Of a stretch of DNA of 64,000 bases, positions 24,416 through 40,915 are shown piece after piece (within the stretch, counting starts at the first letter, position 1; each line of letters starts with the position of its first letter). The stretch lies in sequence record OR498728.1. One strand, given 5' to 3'. Under the pieces are notes generated by a model. The model did no database searches and was not told the origin of the DNA. It worked only from the letters and a program-made list of their open reading frames with translations. Source of the DNA: Escherichia phage ZX4221. Position numbers and translations under genes: made by a program.

Positions 24416-24865
24416 ATGTGTTATACAGGCGACCCAGCCAATAACCCTCTTGATAGAGTAAGAATCCTCTGCACAGACACCAATAATGATGAAATTCTTA
24501 TTGAGCAGTCTGTGCTAGAGTGGTTCTATCTAGAATCTGGAAAGGATGAAAAGAAAGCAGCCATCAAAGCTCTTAAATATTTACTCTTTCAAGTAGCCAA
24601 GATGGGAGATGAGAAAGTTGGTGGTGTTTATTTACGTAACTCTTCCAGATTCAAATCTCTGAAAGCTGTTTATGACGACCTTGTTAAAAGCTCTGTTTCA
24701 GGACTGCCCTATGCAGGTGGTATTAATCAGTGCGATATTGACATGCGTCGTCAGAATCCTTGCTCTGTCAAGAAATACACAGAATATGGTGATGCTGCCA
24801 GATACGAAGGCAGAGATTACTGCAACCGTGTTAATGGCGTATTTATTATCGAGCGAGATGAATAA
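24416..24865 (+). CDS. hypothetical protein, head-tail connector region (149 aa)
   Basis: ORF-track ORF with AAGGAGGG RBS. Confidence 0.45.
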   Translation: MCYTGDPANNPLDRVRILCTDTNNDEILIEQSVLEWFYLESGKDEKKAAIKALKYLLFQVAKMGDEKVGGVYLRNSSRFKSLKAVYDDLVKSSVSGLPYAGGINQCDIDMRRQNPCSVKKYTEYGDAARYEGRDYCNRVNGVFIIERDE

Positions 24866-25347
24866 TGGTTAAAAGGGTTATTCACCCCGCTAGAGCAAAA
24901 TTAGTCGGGGCTATGAAGAACTTGCAAACGGCTAATGCTCAAGTTGGGTATTTTCAAGAACAAGGTCAACATAGCTCTGGTTTTTCTTATCCTGCTTTAA
25001 TGTATTTACAAGAAGTTATTGGGGTTCCTTCAGCTTCTGGTAAAGTATATCGTAGGTTGTTTGAAATCACTATGATGCTAAACAGACAGACCTTGTTAGA
25101 GCAGACTAAGAAGAATCTATATAAGCAACTTAGTAGTCTTAACACAGACCCTTCAAATACCTTAGAAGCATTTGCAAAGAATGCTCAGAAGGCAATTAAA
25201 AGAGGTTTTGGTAATTCTGCTATCCTCCCTCCTAACGCACCTTCCACAGTCAAGAAAAAAGGCTTTAATGCACCTCTTGTTGAGACAGGTGACTTAAGGG
25301 AGAACCTTGCTTATAAAATTTCTACTAAGAAGGGTATTAAAAAATGA
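24865..25347 (+). CDS. hypothetical protein, head-tail connector region (160 aa)
   Basis: ORF-track ORF, overlapping start/stop with neighbours. Confidence 0.45.
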   Translation: MVKRVIHPARAKLVGAMKNLQTANAQVGYFQEQGQHSSGFSYPALMYLQEVIGVPSASGKVYRRLFEITMMLNRQTLLEQTKKNLYKQLSSLNTDPSNTLEAFAKNAQKAIKRGFGNSAILPPNAPSTVKKKGFNAPLVETGDLRENLAYKISTKKGIKK

Positions 25348-25745
25348 GGCTCTTAAACAGACACAGCTTTGTAGTAAAGCGTAAAGTCTCTGAAGATGGT
25401 TATTATAATGATGATGGTGATTGGGTAGCTTCACAAGATATTGTAGAGGTTAACTGTAAAGGTAATATCCAGCCGTATATCAAAGGTTCTGTAAAGAATG
25501 GTACACAGATTGCTTTACCGGAAGGTATTAGGCTTACCGATACAAGAATCCTGTATACCACATATAAACTTAGAACTTCAGATGATGTAGAGTGGAATGA
25601 GTCTGACATTGTTATGATTGATGGTCATGAGTATGAAGTATTTATGACTATGGATTGGTCACAGCAATTAGCCCATACGTCCCATTATGAATATATCATT
25701 ATTAGAAGGGATAAAATGAATGCAGTTAGAAACAGCAGAACTTGA
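25344..25745 (+). CDS. hypothetical protein, head-tail connector region (133 aa)
   Basis: ORF-track ORF. Confidence 0.45.
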   Translation: MRLLNRHSFVVKRKVSEDGYYNDDGDWVASQDIVEVNCKGNIQPYIKGSVKNGTQIALPEGIRLTDTRILYTTYKLRTSDDVEWNESDIVMIDGHEYEVFMTMDWSQQLAHTSHYEYIIIRRDKMNAVRNSRT

Positions 25746-26319
25746 AAAAGGTCTAGTTAGAACCTTAGTGGATGTTATTGGTCACAGACTAGCTCGTGAT
25801 AAAAATAATAGACCAAATGTAATTAGAGCTTACCCTTCTGATAACTCAAATGACAAAGGTTTAAAACCTGACCAACCATTTATTACCGTATATTGTCAAG
25901 ATGCTGCAACACCTTATGGTTGGGTTCTTGATAAGTTTGTTGAGGATGATGTAGTTTGCTACAGAATTGCTTTTCAGATTCCAGTATTAATTACGGTGAA
26001 TGGTAAAGGTGCTCACAGTATTATGCTTGAGCTTAAACAACGATTAGAGATGAGTTCAGTCAGGGATTTAATTCTTGAAGAGACAGGAGCTACAGTTTTA
26101 GACACTGGAGCTATCCCAAATGACTACACTTATCTTAATACAGATTTCGAAAATTCTGCACCTCTTGTTGTAACTCTTGTAAAAAATTCAGTCCTGAAAG
26201 ATGAACGTGGAGGTATTATTGAACGTGTCATTGTTGATGGTGAATTAGTTTACGAAGAAGGACAAGAGCCACCAGAATATACTATCCATCTAGATGTAGA
26301 CTCCAAAGGGGTAAAATAA
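25720..26319 (+). CDS. hypothetical protein, tail completion region (199 aa)
   Basis: ORF-track ORF. Confidence 0.45.
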   Translation: MQLETAELEKGLVRTLVDVIGHRLARDKNNRPNVIRAYPSDNSNDKGLKPDQPFITVYCQDAATPYGWVLDKFVEDDVVCYRIAFQIPVLITVNGKGAHSIMLELKQRLEMSSVRDLILEETGATVLDTGAIPNDYTYLNTDFENSAPLVVTLVKNSVLKDERGGIIERVIVDGELVYEEGQEPPEYTIHLDVDSKGVK

Positions 26320-27672
26320 ATGTGGAATCCAATTGTTAATGTAGATATTACATTGAACACCGCAGGAACTACAAGAGAAGGTTTTGGGCTACCACTATTT
26401 TTAGCTTCAACAGATAACTTTGAAGAAAGAGTCCGTGGTTACACTTCCTTAACTGAAGTTGCTGAAGATTTCGATGAAAACTCTGCTGCATATAAGGCTG
26501 CTAAACAACTTTGGAGTCAGACTCCTAAAGTAACCCAGCTTTATATTGGTAGACGTGCTATGCAGTACACTGTATCAATTCCTGACTCTGTTACTGAAAG
26601 TACCGATTATTCTTTAACTGTAGCTGTTAGAGGTGGAGTTTCTCAACCATTCCAGTACACTTCACAGTCAGAAGATACTGCTGAGAAGGTGTTACAGCAG
26701 CTTAAAACACAGATTGAAGCAGAACCTTCTGTAAAAGACCTTGTTACTGTCAATGTAACTGGTACTGGTGGTTCAGCAACAATGGTAATCACCAAAGCTG
26801 GTGACAACGACTTCGTGAAGGTTACTACTACAGCACAAACAGTGTCAATTGCAAGCACAACTGCTGACACAGCATCGACTGCTCTGGCAGCTATTGAAGC
26901 TTATTCGACTGACTGGTATTTCATTGCAGCAGAAGACAGAACTCAACAGTTTGTCTTAGCAATGGCTTCTGAGATTCAAGCTCGTAAGAAGATTTTCTTT
27001 ACAGCTAACTCTGATGTAGCAGCACTGCAAGGTACAGAATTAGCCAGTGCAAATGACGTTCCAGCACAACTTGCTAAGAATAAGTACACTCGTACAGTTT
27101 GCTTGTGGCATCACACAGCAGCAGAAGATTATCCAGAAATGGCATACATTGCTTATGGTGCTCCATATGATGCAGGTTCAATTGCTTGGGGTAACGCACA
27201 GTTAACTGGTGTAGCTGCTTCTCTACAGCCATCTAATCAAAGACCTCTGACAAGTATTCAGAAGTCAGCTTTAGATGCACGTCACTGTAACTTTATTGAC
27301 CTTGATGGTGGTGTTCCAGTGGTTCGTAGAGGGATTACTTCTGGTGGGGAATGGATTGATATCATCCGTGGTGTTGACTGGTTAGAATCAGACCTGAAAA
27401 CTTCTCTGAGAGACTTGCTAATTAACCAGAAGGGTGGTAAGATTACTTATGATGATACTGGTATTACCCGTATTCGTCAAGTCATTGAAACCTCTCTGCA
27501 AAGAGCAGTCAACAGAAACTTCCTGTCATCTTACACAGTTAATGTTCCTAAAGCCTCTCAAGTTGCTTTAGCAGACAAGAAAGCTCGTATCCTGAAAGAT
27601 GTTACCTTCGCAGGTATCTTAGCAGGGGCTATCTTGGATGTTGACTTGAAAGGTACAGTGGCTTACGAATAA
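26320..27672 (+). CDS. tail sheath protein (putative)
   Basis: 450 aa ORF directly upstream of a ~150 aa tube-like gene and the tape measure gene; assignment by synteny. Confidence 0.55.
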   Translation: MWNPIVNVDITLNTAGTTREGFGLPLFLASTDNFEERVRGYTSLTEVAEDFDENSAAYKAAKQLWSQTPKVTQLYIGRRAMQYTVSIPDSVTESTDYSLTVAVRGGVSQPFQYTSQSEDTAEKVLQQLKTQIEAEPSVKDLVTVNVTGTGGSATMVITKAGDNDFVKVTTTAQTVSIASTTADTASTALAAIEAYSTDWYFIAAEDRTQQFVLAMASEIQARKKIFFTANSDVAALQGTELASANDVPAQLAKNKYTRTVCLWHHTAAEDYPEMAYIAYGAPYDAGSIAWGNAQLTGVAASLQPSNQRPLTSIQKSALDARHCNFIDLDGGVPVVRRGITSGGEWIDIIRGVDWLESDLKTSLRDLLINQKGGKITYDDTGITRIRQVIETSLQRAVNRNFLSSYTVNVPKASQVALADKKARILKDVTFAGILAGAILDVDLKGTVAYE

Positions 27673-27687
27673 TAGAGGTAAATTGGA

Positions 27688-28134
27688 ATGGCTATGTATC
27701 AGCAATATTCCCCTAAAGACGTTGTGTGTAGCTGGAATGGTATTGCCATTGAAGGCTTTGCCCCAGACTCATTCTTACGTCTACAGAGAACATCACCACT
27801 TGTGACACCAGTTGTAGGTGCAGGTGGTCAAGTTGCTCTGACAAGAAATGCAGACAAGACAGGTACTATTGAGATTGAGCTAATGCAGACTTCTCTCTCT
27901 AATCAGATGCTTTCTGCAATTCAAGCTAAACAAGACAATATGGAACTTGAAGAAGATATCTCTTCTAACTTCGTAATCTACGACCCATCAGGCTCTGTTC
28001 TGGCAACTGGTATTAATGCTTGGTTGCAGGAACTACCACAGATTGAACTTGGTCGTGACCAGAACTCTAAAACTTGGATTTTTGGTTGTGAGAAGCTAGA
28101 CTACACTTCTACAATTCCAGCGTCAAGTGTTTAA
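27688..28134 (+). CDS. tail tube protein (putative)
   Basis: 148 aa ORF after sheath, followed by a strong terminator. Confidence 0.5.
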   Translation: MAMYQQYSPKDVVCSWNGIAIEGFAPDSFLRLQRTSPLVTPVVGAGGQVALTRNADKTGTIEIELMQTSLSNQMLSAIQAKQDNMELEEDISSNFVIYDPSGSVLATGINAWLQELPQIELGRDQNSKTWIFGCEKLDYTSTIPASSV

Positions 28135-28146
28135 TAAATCCTATAA

Positions 28147-28178
28147 GGGGGAGACTTTAAAAGGTCTTCCCCTTTTTT
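28147..28178 (+). terminator. Rho-independent terminator after tail tube gene
   Basis: GGGGGAGAC ... GTCTTCCCC hairpin followed by TTTTTT. Confidence 0.7.
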
Positions 28179-28207
28179 GTTTCTTTTAAAAGTATTAAGG
28201 AATCACA

Positions 28208-28606
28208 ATGAAAACAGAAGCTAGAGTAATTAATGGTAAGAAAGTAAATATCGTTCTGCTTGGGGCAAGAGATGGTATTAAGATGTCTATGAAGTTGGGT
28301 AAAATTGTTGTTCCAACCTTTGCACAGATGCTGTCAAGCCTGACTGATAAAGATAAGAAAGAAGCTCCAATGGTTCCATTTAAAGAACTTGTTGAGGCTT
28401 GTTTTGACAGAATTGAAGAAATTAACCTTGAAGAAATGGCTACCCTGCTATTTCAAGGGGCAACTGTTGATGACTTCCCACTTAATATTGATACATACTT
28501 CCAAGCAAACTATGGCGAATTTATTGATTACTTAGCATTTGCGCTGGAGGCAAACTTCGGAAGTTTTTTCGAAGCAAGCATTTTCAAAAGCCTAACTTCT
28601 CAGTAA
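28208..28606 (+). CDS. tail assembly chaperone (putative)
   Basis: 132 aa ORF upstream of tape measure. Confidence 0.4.
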   Translation: MKTEARVINGKKVNIVLLGARDGIKMSMKLGKIVVPTFAQMLSSLTDKDKKEAPMVPFKELVEACFDRIEEINLEEMATLLFQGATVDDFPLNIDTYFQANYGEFIDYLAFALEANFGSFFEASIFKSLTSQ

Positions 28607-28608
28607 AC

Positions 28609-28847
28609 ATGGGTAACACTCTACAGACACCACTAACTGATGCTGCTGTAGAGGCAACCTATGAAGAAGCAGACGAGATGAAATTTGTGCTTGCTATTTA
28701 TGGTATGGAAGGGTGTAAAGAAACACTTGACCAACTCTTTGCTATGACATTCTCTGATTTATTATCATTGAGACAATTTCTTGAAATTCAGAGGTCGTAT
28801 AAAGAGGAAATTGCTTACAACGAACTTAGAAGAGCAGGAAAAATGTA

Positions 28848-28848
<1 letters not shown>
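28609..28848 (+). CDS. hypothetical protein, possible second chaperone (79 aa)
   Basis: Small ORF abutting tape measure start. Confidence 0.4.
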
Positions 28849-34235
<5,387 letters not shown>

Positions 34236-34236
<1 letters not shown>

Positions 34237-35705
34237 TGGCAGGATTAACTACAACAGGATTACAAACTCTAAGATATCAGGAGATTTTTGATAATATCAA
34301 ATCAAGACTTCTTAGAGATATTTCACCCAACCTTGACGTTTCTGAAGATAGCCAATTAGGACTCTTCCTAGCTTCAATTGCAAGGTCTTTAGCAGATACT
34401 CATGAGATTCTATCAGAAATCTACGATGGGGGTACAATTGATAAGGCTGAAGGCTTTAACCTTGATGATATTACAGCTTTAAATGCGGTATACAGATATG
34501 TTGCTCAGGCAACAAGAGGTCAAGTTGAGTTTACTGGAACGACTGGTGCTACCATTCCTTCAACAACAAGATTAAGAAGTACTGCCGGAAACATCTTTTA
34601 TCCAGTTAATAATATTACCCTTACTCCATCATATTGTGTTGAAGCTATCCTTGAAGTTAACTCTTTACGAACTGATGCAGATTATGTTATTATTATTGAT
34701 AACGTCATTTTCTCATATAAACCAACCTCATCAGACACAATCACCACGCTTCTAACAAAATTAGCAGAAGCTATTAATGGTGGTATTGTAGCAAAAGCAG
34801 AAGTCATTAATGATGGAGCCTCACTAAGAGTCTATAAAGAAGAGGGTGATATCATTGCAAGAACAAACCCTATGGTTGTCACTGCAACAACATTTCTGAC
34901 CTTTACAAAAATTACAACTATTTCAGATGTAGTAGCTGAAGAGGTTGGTGCTACCCCTGCTTTGGCTGGTACGCTTATTGAGATTGAGACAACTGTTGAT
35001 GGTCTTGACAGTATTTATAACAGGTATGACTTAACAACTGGTAGAAACGAAGAAACTGACACAGAACTTAGACAGAGATATTTAGAATCTTTAGCAGTTA
35101 CTGGTGTAGGGACTTTGGATGCAATTGTAGCTGCTGTTAAAAGAGTTCAAGGTGTCTCAGATGCTTCAGGTGTTGAGAATGATACTGAAGAGACAAGCTC
35201 AGAAGGTCTTCCACCAAAATCTTTTAAGATTGTTGTAGTTGGTGGTCAAAATGATAATGTTGCTCAAGCAATCTGGGATACAAAACCTGCTGGTATTAGG
35301 GCTTATGGCTCAATTTTTGGTACAGCCCATGATTTAGGTGGTTTGGCACATAATATTTATTTTAGCAGACCAACACCAAAATACGCATTTGTTAAAGTCT
35401 CTTACTCTTTATATGATGAAGAAAGCTTGACAATCCCTGAAGAGGATATCAGAGACAGCATTGTACAAGGTATTAATGCTTATGGGAGAACTCTTAAGGT
35501 TGGTAATGATGTTATCCCTAACAGAATCTATGGATATATCTATGACGTAATTAAAGGTATTGAGATTAATGAGGTTAAAGTAGCCTTATCAAACAGTCAA
35601 TCAGTCCCACCTAGTGACGGGCAGTATACTACAGCAAGAATTACTGTTGACGGTGACCAATATACTGTTTGGGAAAGCAGCCAGTATACCATCACTAAGG
35701 AGTAA
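34236..35705 (+). CDS. baseplate J-like protein (putative)
   Basis: 489 aa ORF in wedge position; assignment by synteny. Confidence 0.45.
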
Positions 35706-35707
35706 TA

Positions 35708-36562
35708 ATGTTTGAAAAGATTGATAGTGTTTATTACAAAACACTTGATGAAAGGACTGTAACACAGTTTAAAGATAAATTTATCTATACAAGTATCTTG
35801 AAAGCAATCACTGATGAATTACAAACTCTAGAGGATGTTTGCTGGCAGATGCACACAGAGAGAAATATCAGGACGTCAGTAGGCCAACAACTTGATAACA
35901 TTGGCTCACTGATTAAAGTTCCTAGACCTTTAGGTGCAGATGATGAAACATATAGGGCTATGCTTTATATCCAAATCTTCCTAAGACGCTCTGACACCAC
36001 CCCAACATTCTTGCAAAAAGCAATTATGACGCTATATGGTGCAACTTTCTCTCAGATTTTTGAGCATATTACTCCTAAGACTGGTGGTATCGTTATCCGT
36101 ATCAACACTAGAAAAAGCGTTCTAGATGCTGCATATACATTGTCAAAGATTTCTGCAACAACTACTGGCTCCGCTGTCATCTTAAGAGATGTTACTTTAA
36201 ATGGAACTGCTTGGACTCCTGTAGAGGTTGCTGATTCATCACTTGCTATTGTTGATGATAAAGAGAACTGGTTTGTAACTGATGCTAACAGAGGTCTTGT
36301 CACAAATAACACTGGTGGCTCTCTGGAATCCAACTTAGTAGGTAGTCTTGCAGATGCTGGTGTTATTGATGGTTACTTTAGGGTTGACAGAACAGCAAAC
36401 TCACAGAGTGATGATTATATGACTGTAGATAGGTCCAATAATAGTGGCTATTTCATCGTTGGTAAAGAAGCTATCGCAGGTGGTGCATATGGAATCATGG
36501 CTGAGGTTGCACAAATTGTCAAAGGCAGAAAAGATAAATCACAACAAGAAGGAAATTCTTAA
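35708..36562 (+). CDS. baseplate wedge protein (putative) (284 aa)
   Basis: Position. Confidence 0.4.
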   Translation: MFEKIDSVYYKTLDERTVTQFKDKFIYTSILKAITDELQTLEDVCWQMHTERNIRTSVGQQLDNIGSLIKVPRPLGADDETYRAMLYIQIFLRRSDTTPTFLQKAIMTLYGATFSQIFEHITPKTGGIVIRINTRKSVLDAAYTLSKISATTTGSAVILRDVTLNGTAWTPVEVADSSLAIVDDKENWFVTDANRGLVTNNTGGSLESNLVGSLADAGVIDGYFRVDRTANSQSDDYMTVDRSNNSGYFIVGKEAIAGGAYGIMAEVAQIVKGRKDKSQQEGNS

Positions 36563-36864
36563 TGGCAGTTTTAAATTGGTCTACAAATGAAGTAGATACT
36601 GATGGTAACCAGTTAAAAGTTTTACCACCACCGGAAGTTCAAGAGACAGGTCTTTTAAAGGGTGAACCTATGGGTAGGCAGTGGTTCAACTATATTATCA
36701 ACTACCTGCTTAATAAAGTAAACGGCACTGTTGGTGAAGTTCGCTCATATGCAACTGAGCAACCAGATTTAGTGGCTAATGGCTGGAATCTGATTAAATC
36801 TGAGACAGGGACTGCATCAACAAGTACAGGAAACCTTTACACATATGAATATGTAGGAGCTTAA
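36562..36864 (+). CDS. hypothetical tail protein (100 aa)
   Basis: ORF-track ORF. Confidence 0.4.
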   Translation: MAVLNWSTNEVDTDGNQLKVLPPPEVQETGLLKGEPMGRQWFNYIINYLLNKVNGTVGEVRSYATEQPDLVANGWNLIKSETGTASTSTGNLYTYEYVGA

Positions 36865-36866
36865 TA

Positions 36867-38042
36867 ATGGCAGTAGGTGAAATTCAAATTAGTGCCTTGC
36901 CACAAGCGGCCTTACCAGTTGATTTAAGTGATATCTTCCACCTTAAGCAAGGTGTTGAGGATAAAAGATGTACGCTTGAACAGTTGTTAGCACCTCACGC
37001 ATCTCTGAGGAATAATCCTCATGGTGTAACTAAATCACAAGTGGGTCTTGATAATGTTATTAACTCTCTCCAATTAGTTGCAGCCAATAACTTGTCAGAC
37101 ATTGTGAATGTTGCTGAGGCAAGAGCAAATCTACAAATTATGTCGTCAGAAGAAGTGAATAACTCAATTCAGCAACATATTGACGACAAAAGTAACCCAC
37201 ACAATACAACGAAAGCACAGGTAGGTTTAAGTAATGTTCAGAACTGGACAACATCTAATCTGTACAATGAAGATGCTGATAAGTACGCTACCGCGAGAGC
37301 AGTGAATAATTTATACAAAGCTATTCAAGCATCATATCCAGTAGGGACTATTCACCTATCTGTTAACTCTGCCAACCCATCCACTTACTTGCTTTGTGGA
37401 GGTACTTGGGAGTTAGTTTCTAAAGGTAGAGCACTGGTTGGTTATGATACAGATTCTAGACCTGTTGGTTCAACTTTTGGTTCTCAGACTGTAGTATTGA
37501 CAAATAACAATTTACCAGCACATACTCACTCTATCTATCTAACAGGGGGTGGTCATACACACTCTGCAAGTGTATCTATCTCTAGTTTTGATTATGGTTC
37601 AAAGAGTACATCAACTTTTGACTACGGTACGAAGGCAACTAACAGTGCTGGTGCTCACACCCACACATTTAGTGGAACGACAAGTAATGCTGGTAACCAC
37701 AACCATAGAGTACCTCTGAGGGGTAATGATAGAAGTGGGTCAAATGCTATTACCGCATCTGCTGATGCTGGGGTTGGTAATGCTTCATATACTGACTTAG
37801 CTGGTGCTCACACCCATAGCTTCTCAGGTACAACTGCATCATCTGGTGCTCATAGTCATACTGTTGCAATTGGTGCTCACAGCCACACTGTCAATATTGG
37901 TTCACACAGTCATACGGGCACTGTTACTGTTTCTAGCTCTGAGCATACACACTCAGGGACATCTGGTTCTGTTGGTGGTGGTCAAGCTTTCAGTGTTGAG
38001 CAGCCATCTTTTGTAGTATATGTGTGGCAGAGAACAGCTTAA
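36867..38042 (+). CDS. tail fibre protein (short), C-terminal His-box repeats
   Basis: Repeated HTHS/AHTH/HSHT motifs and C-terminus ...FSVEQPSFVVYVWQRTA shared with the next gene. Confidence 0.6.
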   Translation: MAVGEIQISALPQAALPVDLSDIFHLKQGVEDKRCTLEQLLAPHASLRNNPHGVTKSQVGLDNVINSLQLVAANNLSDIVNVAEARANLQIMSSEEVNNSIQQHIDDKSNPHNTTKAQVGLSNVQNWTTSNLYNEDADKYATARAVNNLYKAIQASYPVGTIHLSVNSANPSTYLLCGGTWELVSKGRALVGYDTDSRPVGSTFGSQTVVLTNNNLPAHTHSIYLTGGGHTHSASVSISSFDYGSKSTSTFDYGTKATNSAGAHTHTFSGTTSNAGNHNHRVPLRGNDRSGSNAITASADAGVGNASYTDLAGAHTHSFSGTTASSGAHSHTVAIGAHSHTVNIGSHSHTGTVTVSSSEHTHSGTSGSVGGGQAFSVEQPSFVVYVWQRTA

Positions 38043-38051
38043 TTTCTTTAC

Positions 38052-38072
38052 AGGGGCTTTGTAGCCCCTTTT
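38052..38072 (+). terminator. Rho-independent terminator
   Basis: AGGGGCT-TTGT-AGCCCCT hairpin followed by TTTT. Confidence 0.65.
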
Positions 38073-38088
38073 AAGAGGAAAATTTATA

Positions 38089-40638
38089 ATGGCAGATTAC
38101 AAATTGAGTCAATTAAACTCAATCGACACAATTCGTTCAGAAGACCTATTGCACATCAGAGTTAAGAAAAGACCTGAAATGTTGGGTGACGAAGACCGTA
38201 GAATGACCTATCAAGACTTCTTAGCTTCCTTCAAACTAGAAAGGTTTGTTCAGATTGCTGGGAGTACTATGGTTGGGGATTTAGGTATTGTCAAGTTACT
38301 TTACGGTGGTAAGGCAGTATTTGACCCAACAGGCTCTTCTGAGATTACTATTGGGGATATTTTAAAGACTTTTAAAATTAACTCAAATGGGCTTAAACTC
38401 ACTATTGCAGATGCCACAAGGTCGGCAACTGTTTATCATACTTTGAATAAACCAAGCCCTAATGAACTTGGTATGAGAACTAATGAAGAGAATGATGCAA
38501 GATATGCAAGGCTTGCTGTTACAAACACATTCTCTGGGACTCAGAACATTCAAGGTGATGCTAACTTACTTCGCCTTAGAAACCGAAATGCAAACAATGC
38601 ACAATACATTGAAGGTGTAAACCCAGATGGTTCAGCTAGATGGTGGGTTGGTATTGGTAGCAATGGTTCTGACGAAGTAAAACTGTACAATAACAAATAC
38701 AACTCAGTCTTGACTGTTGCAAGTAATATCTCTGTTAATAAGTCTTTAGCAATCACTGGACAAGTCCAACCTTCAGATTTCTCTAACTTAGATGCTAGAT
38801 ACTTTACTCAGACAGTTGCTAATCAGAGATTTGCACAGTTAGCTGGCAATAATACTTTTACAGGTGCTAACACATTTAGGACTATGAGTGTTATTTCAAA
38901 TGCTGCTGCTATCACACTGCAATGTGCATCAGCAAACGAATCACTGTATCTACTTGCAAAAGATTATGAAGGTGGAAACTTATGGTATCTTGGTAAAGGT
39001 AGTTCAGGTGCTGGTGTAACTATCTACAACTATACCACTAACACCTCTTTGGTCTTAGATGCTGCTGGAGTATCAGCAAATAAAAATGTCAGAATCACTG
39101 GACAAGTTCAACCTTCAGATTGGGCTAACATTGACTCTAGATATATTCCGGCAGCAACATTAAGTACAATTGCAAGAACTAATGCAAGGAATACTTTTAA
39201 TGGTGTACAGACAGTTGTTACGGATAATGAAGGTCTGATTGTTAAAAACTCTACTCAGAATAGACCATTATATATTCGTGGTGTGGACACTGCTAATGTA
39301 TCAAGATGGTGGATTGGTGTTGGTGGTGCTGATACGAATGATGTTACCCTAAATAACAGTTATTCTGGAACCCAATTGGTTCTCGGGAATACAACATCAT
39401 ACATTAACAAAACATTGACTATTGCTGGACAAGTTCAACCTTCAGATTTTTCTAACTTAGATGCTAGATACTTTACGCAAAGTGCTAGTGATAGCAGATA
39501 CCTAAGAATCAGAAGCACTAGCTTCAATGTGGGAAACACTGAGAAGTGGGCTAAAATTGCCACTGTTGTGATGCCACAATCAGCATCAACTGCTGTTATT
39601 GAGGTATTTGGTGGGTCAGGTTTTAATATTAATACACCACAACAAGCAGGTAAATGTGAAATTGTTCTGCGAACTTCAAATAACAATCCAAAGGGCTTAA
39701 ATGTTGTTGCTTGGAGAACATCAGATAACACCATCGTCAGGGATATTGGTTATGTGAATACTTCTGGAGACACCTATGATATTTACTATCTTGCTGGTAC
39801 GTATCAAAACAGCACAACGACAAGGGTTCAGTCTTCTAGGAATGCAAGTGTACAGTTGTTTGAAGTCCCACAGACATTTGATGATGCTCCACAAGGTATT
39901 GTGAAGGGTACAATTGCAAAATACTACACAAGTTTGCAAAAACCAACCCCTTCAGATATTGGTGCATACACTAAAGCAGAGACTGACCAGAAGATTGCAG
40001 ATGCAATTAGTGACTCTACAGACCTGAATAAAATCTATCCAGTAGGTATTGTGACGTGGTTTAACAGCAATGTTAACCCTAATACAGCACTTCCTGGGTT
40101 AACTTGGACGTACCTGAACAATGGTGTTGGTAGAACTATTAGGATTGCAGCAGCAAATGGTTCAGATGTTGCTACAACTGGTGGTTCAGATTCTGTAACG
40201 TTATCTGTTGGTAACTTACCTTCACACACGCATAGTTTCTATGCTACCACTTCATCATTTGATTATGGTACTAAGACGACAAATACGACTGGCAACCATG
40301 CTCATGATAGAGGTAACATGGAAATTTCTGGTGTGTTTGGTTGGTTCAGAAGTGATAACGGTGCATTCTACACTGCTAGTGGTGCATTTGTGATGGGTGG
40401 TAGTCAGGCTTCGCATGGCTTCACAGGCTCTAACTTCACTTATGGTGCGCCTGTTGATTTCCACGCGTCAAGAACTTGGACAGGTGTAACCAACACGACT
40501 GGTAACCACGCCCACAGTGTAGGTATTGGCGCTCACAGCCACACAGTTAGTGGTAACACAGGTGGTACTGGTTCTGGTTCAGCATTTAGTGTTACTAACC
40601 AGTTCTATAAGCTAATGGCTTGGGTAAGAACTGCTTAA
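38089..40638 (+). CDS. tail fibre protein (long), internal repeats and C-terminal His-box domain
   Basis: 849 aa; three internal copies of ...ITGQVQPSD(F/W)(S/A)N(L/I)D(A/S)RY...; C-terminal NLPSHTHSF ... GNHAHSVGIGAHSHTV ... MAWVRTA. Confidence 0.65.
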   Translation: MADYKLSQLNSIDTIRSEDLLHIRVKKRPEMLGDEDRRMTYQDFLASFKLERFVQIAGSTMVGDLGIVKLLYGGKAVFDPTGSSEITIGDILKTFKINSNGLKLTIADATRSATVYHTLNKPSPNELGMRTNEENDARYARLAVTNTFSGTQNIQGDANLLRLRNRNANNAQYIEGVNPDGSARWWVGIGSNGSDEVKLYNNKYNSVLTVASNISVNKSLAITGQVQPSDFSNLDARYFTQTVANQRFAQLAGNNTFTGANTFRTMSVISNAAAITLQCASANESLYLLAKDYEGGNLWYLGKGSSGAGVTIYNYTTNTSLVLDAAGVSANKNVRITGQVQPSDWANIDSRYIPAATLSTIARTNARNTFNGVQTVVTDNEGLIVKNSTQNRPLYIRGVDTANVSRWWIGVGGADTNDVTLNNSYSGTQLVLGNTTSYINKTLTIAGQVQPSDFSNLDARYFTQSASDSRYLRIRSTSFNVGNTEKWAKIATVVMPQSASTAVIEVFGGSGFNINTPQQAGKCEIVLRTSNNNPKGLNVVAWRTSDNTIVRDIGYVNTSGDTYDIYYLAGTYQNSTTTRVQSSRNASVQLFEVPQTFDDAPQGIVKGTIAKYYTSLQKPTPSDIGAYTKAETDQKIADAISDSTDLNKIYPVGIVTWFNSNVNPNTALPGLTWTYLNNGVGRTIRIAAANGSDVATTGGSDSVTLSVGNLPSHTHSFYATTSSFDYGTKTTNTTGNHAHDRGNMEISGVFGWFRSDNGAFYTASGAFVMGGSQASHGFTGSNFTYGAPVDFHASRTWTGVTNTTGNHAHSVGIGAHSHTVSGNTGGTGSGSAFSVTNQFYKLMAWVRTA

Positions 40639-40645
40639 TCCCTTG

Positions 40646-40674
40646 TTGACTGATTGTTAAGATGGTGTTAATAT
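40646..40674 (+). promoter_or_regulatory. Sigma70-like promoter
   Basis: TTGACT 40646-51, 17 nt spacer, TAATAT 40669-74. Confidence 0.45.
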
Positions 40675-40717
40675 TCTTTATGGGTATTCTCACCATCTTG
40701 GCTGATGAGGTGATTAA

Positions 40718-40915
40718 ATGCCTACAATCCTAGCAATTCTTCTAAAAAATCTAGGTAGCTTCTTCTGGAAACTCATTTTATCCCTTCTAAGTGAATACAT
40801 GATTGAGAAAGTGTTCTTTAAGCTTGCAAGATATCTTGCGAGTAAAACAGACACACCTATTGATGATGAGTTCGTAGATAACTTAGAAAAAGCTTTTAAG
40901 GGGGAGAATAAATGA
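40718..40915 (+). CDS. hypothetical small protein with hydrophobic N-terminus (65 aa), possible lysis-associated
   Basis: ORF-track ORF. Confidence 0.35.
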   Translation: MPTILAILLKNLGSFFWKLILSLLSEYMIEKVFFKLARYLASKTDTPIDDEFVDNLEKAFKGENK

